59,577 bases of DNA from an uncultured bacterium (GTDB lineage: Bacteria > Hydrothermota > Hydrothermia > B15-G9 > WFZT01): the NCBI GenBank assembly GCA_964398355.1, contig CAYNMM010000120.1, positions 1 to 59,577 on the forward strand. Reading direction: 5' to 3'. Both the position numbers and the translations under genes were made by a program. Position 1 is the stretch's first letter, and each line of letters begins with the position of its first letter. This document shows positions 1 through 8,896 of the stretch, piece after piece. The notes beneath the pieces are model-generated. The model saw nothing but the letters and a program-made list of their open reading frames with translations, was not told the DNA's origin and searched no databases.

Positions 1-335
1 CCACCCCGCAGAGCAGGAGAGAAAATTGAGGATGAAGTCTTATGCAAAGTAGATGAGGGAAATAATGGATATTACTTTTAATCCTGAGGATAAACCCATT
101 TGCTTCAATCATGAATTCTGTATAATTTTTGCATTCTGAGGACAAAGATTTGTGTAATACCTTTCCTCTCAACATACGACCGTTTTGATGTAATTTTCAA
201 AATTTTCAAGGGGAAAGTCAGCCTTTCAATCCTCTCTCACAAAGTGGAGGGAAGAGTGTAGGTGCATTTTTTCGCAATCAGGAGGGGAAAATTATAGAGA
301 GTTTTTCTGCAAAGTGAAAGGGGAAATGTTTATTG
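1..335. repeat. Degenerate ~35-bp-period imperfect-palindrome repeat region (may extend upstream of the window)
   Basis: Unit cores at 7 (cgcagagc), 43 (tgcaaagt), 238 (cacaaagt), 273 (cgcaatca) and 308 (tgcaaagt), each followed by a purine run. Positions 5-29 match the reverse complement of 53388-53412 at 23/25. Confidence 0.6.
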
Positions 336-366
336 GTAAAATAATTTTAACCTTTTGTAATTTCCC

Positions 367-395
367 TTGTTACGTCACGGAGTTGACTATATAAT
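367..395 (+). promoter_or_regulatory. Sigma70-type promoter for the 51-aa gene
   Basis: TTGTTA (367-372), 17 nt spacer, TATAAT (390-395); SD AAGGAGGT at 411-418. Confidence 0.6.
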
Positions 396-424
396 GAAAA
401 ATAACATAAAAAGGAGGTCTGAAG

Positions 425-580
425 ATGTGGCAAGATTGGGTTAATTTCATAATTGGTGTGATTATATTTGTTGCCGCAGTTGCAGGAGCGCAGTCACATA
501 TAATATTCTGGCTCGGTGGTTTACTTGTAGCCTTTTTTTCAGTTTGGTCGGCACTGGCCAAACAGTCTGGAGGTCATTAG
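425..580 (+). CDS. 51-aa two-helix membrane protein with an SPW-repeat-like N-terminus (not in the ORF track)
   Basis: Translated by hand: MWQDWVNFIIGVIIFVAAVAGAQSHIIFWLGGLLVAFFSVWSALAKQSGGH. Strong SD, own promoter and downstream hairpin. Confidence 0.8.
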   Translation: MWQDWVNFIIGVIIFVAAVAGAQSHIIFWLGGLLVAFFSVWSALAKQSGGH

Positions 581-601
581 AGTATATATGGTGTTATAAA
601 G

Positions 602-628
602 GGGGGGCCGCGCTTCGCGCGGCCCCCC
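602..628. terminator. GC-rich hairpin between convergent genes
   Basis: ggggggccgcgc-ttc-gcgcggcccccc, 12-bp stem. Confidence 0.7.
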
Positions 629-693
629 TTATGCATTCTTAACTTATTTTCACTTTTTCAATCCTATTCCCGAGTTTCTTGATACTTGCCTTT

Positions 694-2679
694 TTACCGT
701 GATTTACCCAACGATCTTTTACAGTTGGCTTCAAGGGAAACAAATTTTCCATTGTTTTTAACGTACTGGATAAGGTCATGGAAAAAGGAGTTGGAAGTGA
801 GGGTCTCGGCATCCCCGATAATTATTAATTTCCTTTTTGCTCTTGTTAGAGCAACGTTAATTCTCCTCAGATCATTTAAAAAACCAATCTCCTGTTCCTG
901 GTTAGAGCGCACAAGAGATAAAATAATTATTTCTTTTTCCCTGCCCTGAAAGCCATCAACTGTATGTATTTCCACACCTGGTATTTTATCTTTTAGATAA
1001 TCCTCGTGATCTTTATAGGGTGTTATGATACCAACTGCGTTTTTTATAACACCTGAACCAATTAATTTATCGACAAGCTTTTTTACAAACTCAGCTTCAC
1101 GAGGATTGTATTTAGAAAAACTCCCTCTCTTGACTTTTTCCTTAAACATTCGGCACGTATCAACAAACACGACAGGTGTGTCATCGAGAATGGGATCACG
1201 TATTTCACTTCCAACAATCTGGGATAACGTAATATTCCTCACGGACGGATGGGCAATAAGCTTACCATCGTAGAATTTTATTGACGGGAACATCATAATT
1301 TTTTCGTTCATTCTGTACTGTATTCTCAGCATGTATGAGGCCTCCGGGTAATTTTCAAGGAATCTTTCGAAGAGTGTGAAAGAGAGGGCCTGGGCCTCAG
1401 GATTTAAAATCGTGGGAGGAAGTTGTTTATGATCACCGGCCATTATCAATTTTTTTGCTTTAATCAAAGGGATCAAGCTGGAAGGTTCTGTTGCTTGAGT
1501 AGCCTCGTCAATCACTGCAACATCAAAAGTTATTCCTAACAAAAGGTCGCTTCCTGCAGTTGAATTGGTAGTACACACAACATCAGTTCGAGAAAGAATC
1601 TCCTCTACAATTTTGTTGTAAATCTGAATCTTTTCACTGACAAGAGAATTAATTTCCCGTTGCATATCTATCCATTTGGCCATTGATTTTATAATCTCGA
1701 AGGATACTCCACGTGCTCCTTTCCCCTTTTGAGCCAGGTTAAATATCTCCTCGTCTGTCAGACCTCTTTTTAAAGAGGGTATTGGTTTTTTAAATTCTGT
1801 CTGTTTTGACCTAATTTTTTCGACTTTTTCATCTATTTTCTTTATCTCTTCATACTTATCATGGTGTTCCACCATATAATCAAGGGAGACTTTTAACAAA
1901 GCTGGATCAAGCCGAGCTGGATGTCCGAGCCTTACTACTTTTAATCCTTCTTTGATCAATCCAACTACGAGATTATCAACTGCATTGTTGCTATCTGCAG
2001 TAGCAAGGATTTTATTCCTCCTTTCAACAAGTTCTTTTATTATCTTAACAAGTGTAGTGGTTTTTCCCGTGCCTGGTGGTCCGTGAACAAGAAACACAGG
2101 TGTAGAGCCCAGAGCAAGTTGTGCTGCTTTCACCTGAGACTCGTTGAGATCATCACTTTCGAATTCCACGGAATTTACCTCAACTTCACCTCTACCAAGA
2201 AGGACTTCAAGAGGGAACTTTGAAACTCTGTTCTCAATTAATGTCAGGGTATCAAGCATTCTTCTGAATGTTATGTCATTAATGTAGAGATCGATTCGAA
2301 AAGATCCCTTGGCTTTTTTGAATGGGAATTCACGGTCAAAGGCAACGGTTATATAATTCTGTCCCTTCTCGTAAACCGTACCCTCAATTCCATCTTTAAG
2401 GGGTGATTTCTTACTGAGCAGTACGACATCACCAACGCTTATCTGATGATCTGGCATATCTCTCCTGTAAAATTTTATCAACTTGTAACCACCTATGAGT
2501 TCTCCTGCTGGTCTGGCAGACAATTTTAAAATTGCTCTTCCGACTTTCTCCCTTTCGTGACCAGTTAAATTTTTAATTTCTTTTAGATGAAAATTCTTCT
2601 CCGCTTCCCTTTCAAGTTTTACAAGTCTTCGGAAATAAGCAACATAAGACTCAAGTGATTGGAACTGGATCTTTTTCAA
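694..2679 (-). CDS. SF1B Upf1/IGHMBP2-like helicase
   Basis: GPPGTGKT, DEATQ, GDHKQLPP, QYRMN, TVDGFQGREK and RRINVALTRAK motifs; TTG start overlapping the purN stop. Confidence 0.9.
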   Translation of the reverse strand: MKKIQFQSLESYVAYFRRLVKLEREAEKNFHLKEIKNLTGHEREKVGRAILKLSARPAGELIGGYKLIKFYRRDMPDHQISVGDVVLLSKKSPLKDGIEGTVYEKGQNYITVAFDREFPFKKAKGSFRIDLYINDITFRRMLDTLTLIENRVSKFPLEVLLGRGEVEVNSVEFESDDLNESQVKAAQLALGSTPVFLVHGPPGTGKTTTLVKIIKELVERRNKILATADSNNAVDNLVVGLIKEGLKVVRLGHPARLDPALLKVSLDYMVEHHDKYEEIKKIDEKVEKIRSKQTEFKKPIPSLKRGLTDEEIFNLAQKGKGARGVSFEIIKSMAKWIDMQREINSLVSEKIQIYNKIVEEILSRTDVVCTTNSTAGSDLLLGITFDVAVIDEATQATEPSSLIPLIKAKKLIMAGDHKQLPPTILNPEAQALSFTLFERFLENYPEASYMLRIQYRMNEKIMMFPSIKFYDGKLIAHPSVRNITLSQIVGSEIRDPILDDTPVVFVDTCRMFKEKVKRGSFSKYNPREAEFVKKLVDKLIGSGVIKNAVGIITPYKDHEDYLKDKIPGVEIHTVDGFQGREKEIIILSLVRSNQEQEIGFLNDLRRINVALTRAKRKLIIIGDAETLTSNSFFHDLIQYVKNNGKFVSLEANCKRSLGKSR

Positions 2680-3263
2680 AGCTGGAAGAGCACTTTTTTT
2701 ATCGCCTCAAAATAGATTTTGTGTTCAACCTTATGAATCTTCTCTTCAAGCGTTTCGAGGGTATCATCTTCCTCAACTTTCACACACTCCTGAGCAATTA
2801 TGGGTCCGGTATCTACTCCCTCATCCACAAAATGCACTGTCACACCAGTTACCTTAACTCCGTAATTGAAAGCCTTCTCTATAGCATGGAGACCTGGAAA
2901 GGACGGAAGTAAAGAAGGGTGAATGTTGACAATCCTTCTCCAGTATTTTCGGACAATAAAAGCTGGCAGGATCTTCATGTATCCTGCGAGTACCATGAGA
3001 TCAAATTCGATAGAAGAAAGAAATCTATCCAGGGCTTTATTATACTCAGACCGGTTTTCAAATTTCTTATAGTCAATGACTTTGTAAGGTATTCCGAGTC
3101 GCTCTGCCCTCTGAATAGCAAAAGCACCTGGGTTGTCTGTTATCAGGAATTTCACATTTATTGGAAGACTTTCCTTCCTTATATGATTTACAATTGCCTC
3201 AAAATTTGATCCATTCCCTGAGGCAAGGATCACGATATTTTTATTTTCCAGCTGTCTTTTCAT
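2676..3263 (-). CDS. purN: Phosphoribosylglycinamide formyltransferase
   Basis: SGNGSNFEA, LAGYMKIL, NIHPSLLPSFPG, HFVDEGVDTGPII. Confidence 0.95.
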   Translation of the reverse strand: MKRQLENKNIVILASGNGSNFEAIVNHIRKESLPINVKFLITDNPGAFAIQRAERLGIPYKVIDYKKFENRSEYNKALDRFLSSIEFDLMVLAGYMKILPAFIVRKYWRRIVNIHPSLLPSFPGLHAIEKAFNYGVKVTGVTVHFVDEGVDTGPIIAQECVKVEEDDTLETLEEKIHKVEHKIYFEAIKKVLFQL

Positions 3264-3987
3264 ATCTATCCTTCAGCAAGAGTGTAAAACTCAAATAAGC
3301 TCCTATAAAGGTTGTAAAAACATAAATCGAGGCGATTGAATATGCAACTATTAACTGGTAAAATGCAGCGTCAATGGGTTTGACACCGCCGATCAAAAGA
3401 CCTGCCATTGTCCCTGGAATGTGGACTATTCCGAGTATTTTTAAGCCATCAATTTGCGGGATCAGAGTCACATTCATTACATCGATCATGAAAATTTTTG
3501 ATGCCTCTATATAACCTGCACCATCAAGAAAAGCAGCTTCAATAACCTCATGATTTTCTTCAACCTGTTTCTTTGTTCTATTGAAAACGAGGGAGAGTGC
3601 CTTGGTGGCGTTTCCAAGCAACATCCCGGATATTGGCACAAACACGTTAGGTACGAGCTTTAATACACCAGTAAAAAAAAGCAAAGCAAATACAGGTAAA
3701 AAACTGACAAACATGGATATAAAGGAAATCCAGAAAGAATGAGGAACTCCCTTACCCCGCTCCATCGCAATGATACATCCTGATACGAGCATTATGAAAA
3801 CGAACAGGATGTTGAAAATGACTGGTAGTTTGAAAAAATACAGGATGACTGATGATAGAATCAAAAGCTGGACAAACGCTCTCAAACTCGAAATTATGAT
3901 CTCTTTCTCGAGACGAAGTTTTTCGATCCAGGAAATGACTGCGGGAATCAATAGCAAAAGATATGCAGCTAAGACACTCTTTATCAT
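3241..3987 (-). CDS. UPF0014 (FetB/YbbM-like) ABC permease
   Basis: RAFVQL, PISGMLLGNA and LGIVHIPGTMAGLLIGG motifs; multi-TM. Confidence 0.85.
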   Translation of the reverse strand: MIKSVLAAYLLLLIPAVISWIEKLRLEKEIIISSLRAFVQLLILSSVILYFFKLPVIFNILFVFIMLVSGCIIAMERGKGVPHSFWISFISMFVSFLPVFALLFFTGVLKLVPNVFVPISGMLLGNATKALSLVFNRTKKQVEENHEVIEAAFLDGAGYIEASKIFMIDVMNVTLIPQIDGLKILGIVHIPGTMAGLLIGGVKPIDAAFYQLIVAYSIASIYVFTTFIGAYLSFTLLLKDRYEKTAGK

Positions 3988-4211
3988 GACTTTCTATAAA
4001 AATTCTTGAAAACGTAATAAATTATCGCCGCCAGGATAACACCACCAATCAGACCCGATCTGAAAGCAATACCAACCAGCATGGCTATTCTCAATGCAAT
4101 CCAGATAAGCAATGGTATCGCAAGAATATACAGCAATGTTCGAATAAGCGAGGAATTTCCTGACAGAATAATTAGAAAAAGAATGAAACCAATAACTACA
4201 ATAAGGTACAT
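3984..4211 (-). CDS. 75-aa hydrophobic hypothetical membrane protein
   Basis: Almost entirely hydrophobic with a basic C-terminus; stop overlaps the next start. Confidence 0.65.
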   Translation of the reverse strand: MYLIVVIGFILFLIILSGNSSLIRTLLYILAIPLLIWIALRIAMLVGIAFRSGLIGGVILAAIIYYVFKNFYRKS

Positions 4212-4327
4212 GAAAGAATTTTAAAGCATACTTCGCGTCCCCAAAAATATATTCTTTGAGACATTCTTTGAGTTAGAAAATTCTATCTGTAAATTTAAGA
4301 TCTGACCATGAATCTGTAATTAATATT

Positions 4328-4861
4328 CTATAATCGGGGATTATTAAAGTACCATTCATCGTTTAAAAATGGAACAAGGGCCATAATCACCCCCATTTTA
4401 TAAAGCTCCACACGATTAATGACACCTTTTGAGAGGTATCCAATTGCACCCTGCTTCTGTTTGGAATTATGTTCATTGATCAATTCATCTATAACATCCC
4501 CAAGCTCAATTCTTGTCTGTAATTTCTTTATCACAAAATCAGGCAGCGTAAACATGGGAGATGTACCCCAACCAACTCTTCCGTTCCTGTCCATTATGCA
4601 AACTGCACCGAAGGAAAACCAATTCCCCGAAATTTTGTATATACCACCTTCAATCCCAACGTAAAAATCAGCAATATAGCGTCTTGAAATATCTTTAACC
4701 CGATTAAGAGCTCCTTCAAAGGTTTCTTTTCCAATTGGTTGATCAGGAACTTTTGAATTTGATTCCGCCCCCACAACTTCCACAAAATTATAATAATGTT
4801 TGAATGCTTGCAACGTTGCGTTAATTTTAACAGGATTTAATGAACCGACGACAATCTTCAC
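4328..4861 (-). CDS. yjjX: Inosine/xanthosine triphosphatase (DUF84 family)
   Basis: [40 protein letters not shown]; GTG start. Confidence 0.9.
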   Translation of the reverse strand: MKIVVGSLNPVKINATLQAFKHYYNFVEVVGAESNSKVPDQPIGKETFEGALNRVKDISRRYIADFYVGIEGGIYKISGNWFSFGAVCIMDRNGRVGWGTSPMFTLPDFVIKKLQTRIELGDVIDELINEHNSKQKQGAIGYLSKGVINRVELYKMGVIMALVPFLNDEWYFNNPRL

Positions 4862-5580
4862 AGGATTTTACTCATAAACAATTTTGTTCTTGGATGGTCT
4901 GGATTTGTGAAAATCTTGGTGGCAGGTCCTTCTTCAACAATCTTTCCATCGTCCATAAAAATTACCCTTGTAGCAACTTCACGTGCAAATCCCATCTCAT
5001 GAGAGACCACAATCATAGTCATACCTTCGCGTGCGAGCTCTATCATTACGTCGAGCACCTCTTTAATCATCTCCGGATCAAGTGCACTCGTAGGTTCATC
5101 AAAGAGCATTACCTTTGGTTTCATGGCAAGTGCACGCGCAATTGCAACTCTCTGCTGCTGTCCACCTGAGAGCTGAGAAGGATAACTATTTGCTTTGTCT
5201 TTAATACCAACTTTATCAAGAAGTTCAAGAGCAAGTTCTCTCACCTTGTCTTTGGGCTCTTTTTTAACTACCACAGGACCAAGCATCACATTCTGCAACG
5301 CGGTTAAATGCGGAAAAAGATTAAAATGCTGGAAAACCATTCCAACTTCTGCACGAATTTTATTTTTATCCACTCTCTTGTCGGTTATATCCTGGTCTTC
5401 GATATAAATATGTCCACTATCAACTCTCTCAAGCGCATTAATGCAACGCAACATCGTACTTTTTCCTGCACCTGAAGGCCCAACGACAACCACGACTTCT
5501 CCCTTTTTCACCTCAAAACTTATGCCTTTCAAAACATGCAGATGCCCAAACTTTTTATGAATATCAACCACTCTTACCAT
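4858..5580 (-). CDS. Polar amino acid ABC transporter ATPase (GlnQ-like)
   Basis: [35 protein letters not shown]. Confidence 0.95.
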   Translation of the reverse strand: MVRVVDIHKKFGHLHVLKGISFEVKKGEVVVVVGPSGAGKSTMLRCINALERVDSGHIYIEDQDITDKRVDKNKIRAEVGMVFQHFNLFPHLTALQNVMLGPVVVKKEPKDKVRELALELLDKVGIKDKANSYPSQLSGGQQQRVAIARALAMKPKVMLFDEPTSALDPEMIKEVLDVMIELAREGMTMIVVSHEMGFAREVATRVIFMDDGKIVEEGPATKIFTNPDHPRTKLFMSKIL

Positions 5581-6325
5581 TGACCCTCATCCTTCTTTCA
5601 AGATAATGAGTAAACACTGAAAGGGTTGTCGTCATTATGAAATACAAGGCAGCGACTGTAAACCACACTTCAAAGGGTCTGAATATTCTCGAATTAATCT
5701 GACGTCCGGTTAATGTCAACTCCGGTAGAGACATGACCGAGACCAGTGACGAGTCCTTTATAAGGGAAATAAACTGGCCTGCAAGTGGAGGTATGATGAT
5801 TCTAAAAGCTTGTGGAAGAATAATGTATCTCATCACCTGAAAGTAATTCATCCCGAGAGATTGGGCAGCTTCCCACTGACCTTTCGGTATACTCTGAATC
5901 CCCGCCCTGACAATTTCTGTAACATAGGCACCTTCAAAAATGGATAACGCGAACACGGCTGCTTGAAATGCTGTCATTCGAAAAATTGTCGCTACGAAAA
6001 AGTAAACTATAAAAATCTGGATAAGAAGTGGTGTATTCCTGATAGACTCTACATAGATAGATGCAAGCAATCTAAGAGCTGGCTCACTTGAAATTTTCAT
6101 CAATCCGGCAACTATTCCAATAATGATTGCGACAATGGTTGAAACTGCCGAAACTTCAAGTGTAAGAAGGGCAGCTTTCAGGAAAACTGGCATAACTGGA
6201 GGAATATCCTGCCAGTGCCAGTTGTAAATCTGCTTTGCCTGAATGATATAGGCTCCTGCAAATAGAACAAGGAAGAATACACCGAGTATTATGAATGATC
6301 TTAGTGTAAATCTTGATTCACTAAT
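5564..6325 (-). CDS. Polar amino acid ABC permease; probable ATT start giving 253 aa (track start 6193)
   Basis: RNTPLLIQ and [18 protein letters not shown]. The frame is open 44 codons upstream to an ATT behind AGGAGG, adding a TM helix and YNWHW. Confidence 0.85.
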   Translation of the reverse strand: MSESRFTLRSFIILGVFFLVLFAGAYIIQAKQIYNWHWQDIPPVMPVFLKAALLTLEVSAVSTIVAIIIGIVAGLMKISSEPALRLLASIYVESIRNTPLLIQIFIVYFFVATIFRMTAFQAAVFALSIFEGAYVTEIVRAGIQSIPKGQWEAAQSLGMNYFQVMRYIILPQAFRIIIPPLAGQFISLIKDSSLVSVMSLPELTLTGRQINSRIFRPFEVWFTVAALYFIMTTTLSVFTHYLERRMRVNGKSG

Positions 6326-6359
6326 GGTATCACTCCTCCTTTATGTTAAATTTTTCAAA

Positions 6360-6387
6360 GGGGGCGCCGCCTTAAGGCGGCGCCCCC
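6360..6387. terminator. Perfect 28-bp palindrome between binding-protein and permease genes
   Basis: gggggcgccgccttaaggcggcgccccc; only a weak U tail on the minus strand. Confidence 0.6.
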
Positions 6388-6397
6388 TACAACATCA

Positions 6398-7225
6398 TTA
6401 CTCCTTCACCTTCTCCAGCCAGGGCATATCTACAAACCACTTTTTGAATAACTTGTCATACGTGGTCTGCCCTGGAGGTCCGTCATGCTTTATCTGGAAT
6501 ATGAACTCGTTTATCCATCTCAGAAAATCTACATCACCCTTACGAATCGCAAATCCAAAATATTCATAGGTGAATGGCTCAAGAATCGCTCTTACCTGCT
6601 TCCTGTGTCTACCCGCCCATATTGCAAGGAAAGGCTGATCGAATACCATCAGGTCTGCTTTACCCTGAGTCACTGCCATTGCAGCTTCGACTTCTTTTTC
6701 ATATCTCTTAAATTTCGCCTTCGGGAACATTTTAGTTGCAGCAAAATCTCCAGTCGTACCCGTCTGAACCGCAATTGTATATCCTGAACCATCACCAAGG
6801 TCTTTATAGCTTTTAATGTGAGCCGCCTTTCCCTTCAAATTGACGAGAATCGCCTGTCCTGTTTTAAAGTATGGGTCAGAGAAATTCACTGCAAGTGCTC
6901 TTTTCAAGGTTATTGTCATTCCAGATGCAATGATATCAAATTTCCCAGTATTAAGAGCCGGAATGATACCATCCCAATCTGTGTTTACTATCTTAAGCTT
7001 AACGCCCATTTCTTTCGCCATAAGTTTAACAAGATCAATATCAAAGCCAATGATACTACCATCTTTTGCCACCATTTCGAAAGGAGCATACCCTGCATTT
7101 AAACCAACACGCAGTTCTCCCCTCTTGAGAATTTGCTCGAGGTACGAGTTTCTGGCAATCTCCTGAGGTGAGATTGCCATCAACAACATTGGCACTATCG
7201 CCAGTGTCATTACAATTTTCTTCAT
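6398..7225 (-). CDS. Polar amino acid ABC substrate-binding protein
   Basis: Signal peptide, GELRVG, GFDIDL, WDGIIPALNTGKFDII, FSDPY. Confidence 0.95.
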   Translation of the reverse strand: MKKIVMTLAIVPMLLMAISPQEIARNSYLEQILKRGELRVGLNAGYAPFEMVAKDGSIIGFDIDLVKLMAKEMGVKLKIVNTDWDGIIPALNTGKFDIIASGMTITLKRALAVNFSDPYFKTGQAILVNLKGKAAHIKSYKDLGDGSGYTIAVQTGTTGDFAATKMFPKAKFKRYEKEVEAAMAVTQGKADLMVFDQPFLAIWAGRHRKQVRAILEPFTYEYFGFAIRKGDVDFLRWINEFIFQIKHDGPPGQTTYDKLFKKWFVDMPWLEKVKE

Positions 7226-7420
7226 ACTACACCTCCCTTGGTTTGTTCTTGGGAATTGTATATTTTTTCAATTGTGGGAAAGATCTTTTGGTATGCTTAC
7301 CTGGTTTTAAATGTAACAAAGTGTGTATATTGTAATATCGAGTGAAAAAATTTTCAATTTTGAAACGCGTATTACTTTCACGTATTTCAATATAGAAGGT
7401 TATCCACCTCCAGGGAGGTT

Positions 7421-8125
7421 TTAGCCTCCGAGATAAGCTCTTTTTACATCCTCGTTGTGCAGAAGATCCTGTCCAGTTCCTTCCAGTACAATTTTACCAG
7501 TTTCAAGGACGTATCCATAATCAGCAATCTGAAGTGCTGCCATTGCATTCTGCTCGATCAAAAGAATTGTTGTGCCATTGTTATGAATTTCCTGAATAGA
7601 TTTAAAAACATCTTCCACAAGTTTTGGGGCAAGACCGAGAGAGGGCTCGTCAAGCATCATGAGTTTCGGTCTTGACATGAGTGCACGTCCAAGTGCAAGC
7701 ATCTGTTGCTCTCCACCGGATAACGTCCCGGCAAGCTGATTCTTTCTCTCAAGTAACCTGGGAAACAATGAGAAAACGTAATCGAGATCCTTTTTAAACT
7801 CCTCGTCTTCAGGTCTGTTATAACCTCCCATCAAAAGATTCTCGTACACTGTAAGATTGGCAAATACTTTACGGCCTTCTGGAACAAGTGCTATACCTTT
7901 TCTCACTATATAATGTGACGGTTTCCCGGTTATATCCTCGTCCTGGTAGTATATTTTCCCTTCTTTGGGTTTAACAAGTCCAACTATAGTTCTAAGGGTA
8001 GTACTTTTCCCAGCTCCATTAGCACCAATCAAAGTAACAATTTTTCCTTCAGGTACTTCCATTGAAATGCCCTTTAGGGCATGGATTCCACCATAAAATA
8101 CGTGTAAGTTTTCTATTCTAAGCAA
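7421..8125 (-). CDS. livF: Branched-chain amino acid ABC ATPase
   Basis: GANGAGKST, LSGGEQQMLA, DEPSLGLAP. Confidence 0.92.
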   Translation of the reverse strand: MLRIENLHVFYGGIHALKGISMEVPEGKIVTLIGANGAGKSTTLRTIVGLVKPKEGKIYYQDEDITGKPSHYIVRKGIALVPEGRKVFANLTVYENLLMGGYNRPEDEEFKKDLDYVFSLFPRLLERKNQLAGTLSGGEQQMLALGRALMSRPKLMMLDEPSLGLAPKLVEDVFKSIQEIHNNGTTILLIEQNAMAALQIADYGYVLETGKIVLEGTGQDLLHNEDVKRAYLGG

Positions 8126-8894
8126 CTTTTTTCGCCTCCCCTAAGTATGCTTCAATAACACTTGGATTATTTCTAATTTCTTCTGGCGTTCCCTCAGCTA
8201 TTTCTTCACCATGATCAAGAACCTTGATTCTCTCACAGATTCCCATAACAACCTTCATGTCGTGCTCGATAAGGAGTACGGTCAAATTCATCTCATCTCT
8301 TAATTTTCTAATAAGATCCATCAACTCTGTAGACTCCTGTGGATTCATCCCTGCGGCAGGCTCATCAAGCAGAAGCATTGTTGGTGCTGTTGCGAGGGCC
8401 CTTGCTATCTCCAGCTTCCTCTGATGACCGTATGGTAAACTTCCAGCCTGATCACTTGCAAATTGAGTTAGACCAACAAGATCAAGGAGTTCCATACCTT
8501 TTCTGTACATCTTCGCTTCATCTTTAAAAAACCGCGGAAGTCTGAACATCGCCTCAAAGAAATTAAATTTTCTATGAATATGAAAACCTGTCATCACGTT
8601 TTCAATAACACTCATCTCCGGAAATAATTTGATATTCTGAAATGTCCTTGCAATTCCCCTTTTTGTGATATGATTGGGTTTTAGACCGGTTATATCCTCT
8701 CCTTTGAAATACACTTTTCCTTCTGTAGGAACAAGAAATCCCGTTATAACATTAAAAGCCGTGGTCTTTCCGGCTCCGTTTGGACCAATCAGACCGAAGA
8801 TCTGATGTTCATGAATTTCAAGGTTAAGATTGTTAATAGCTGTTAGACCTTCAAATTTCATCACAATATTTTCGGTTTTTAGCAATGTGGCCAT
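8118..8894 (-). CDS. livG: Branched-chain amino acid ABC ATPase
   Basis: GPNGAGKTT, LPYGHQRKLEIARAL, DEPAAGMN, IEAYLG. Confidence 0.92.
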   Translation of the reverse strand: MATLLKTENIVMKFEGLTAINNLNLEIHEHQIFGLIGPNGAGKTTAFNVITGFLVPTEGKVYFKGEDITGLKPNHITKRGIARTFQNIKLFPEMSVIENVMTGFHIHRKFNFFEAMFRLPRFFKDEAKMYRKGMELLDLVGLTQFASDQAGSLPYGHQRKLEIARALATAPTMLLLDEPAAGMNPQESTELMDLIRKLRDEMNLTVLLIEHDMKVVMGICERIKVLDHGEEIAEGTPEEIRNNPSVIEAYLGEAKKVA

Positions 8895-8896
8895 AT

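Noticed and set aside
1-81. Open + frame PPRRAGEKIEDEVLCKVDEGNNGYYF as the end of a gene
   Set aside because: No recognisable motif, and it coincides with the non-coding repeat units; cannot be judged at the window edge.
1-335. CRISPR array interpretation of the ~35-bp repeats
   Set aside because: Units are degenerate and contiguous, with no unique spacers and no cas genes in the window.
370-561. 63-aa minus-strand ORF from the track
   Set aside because: Antisense shadow of the better-supported 425-580 gene.
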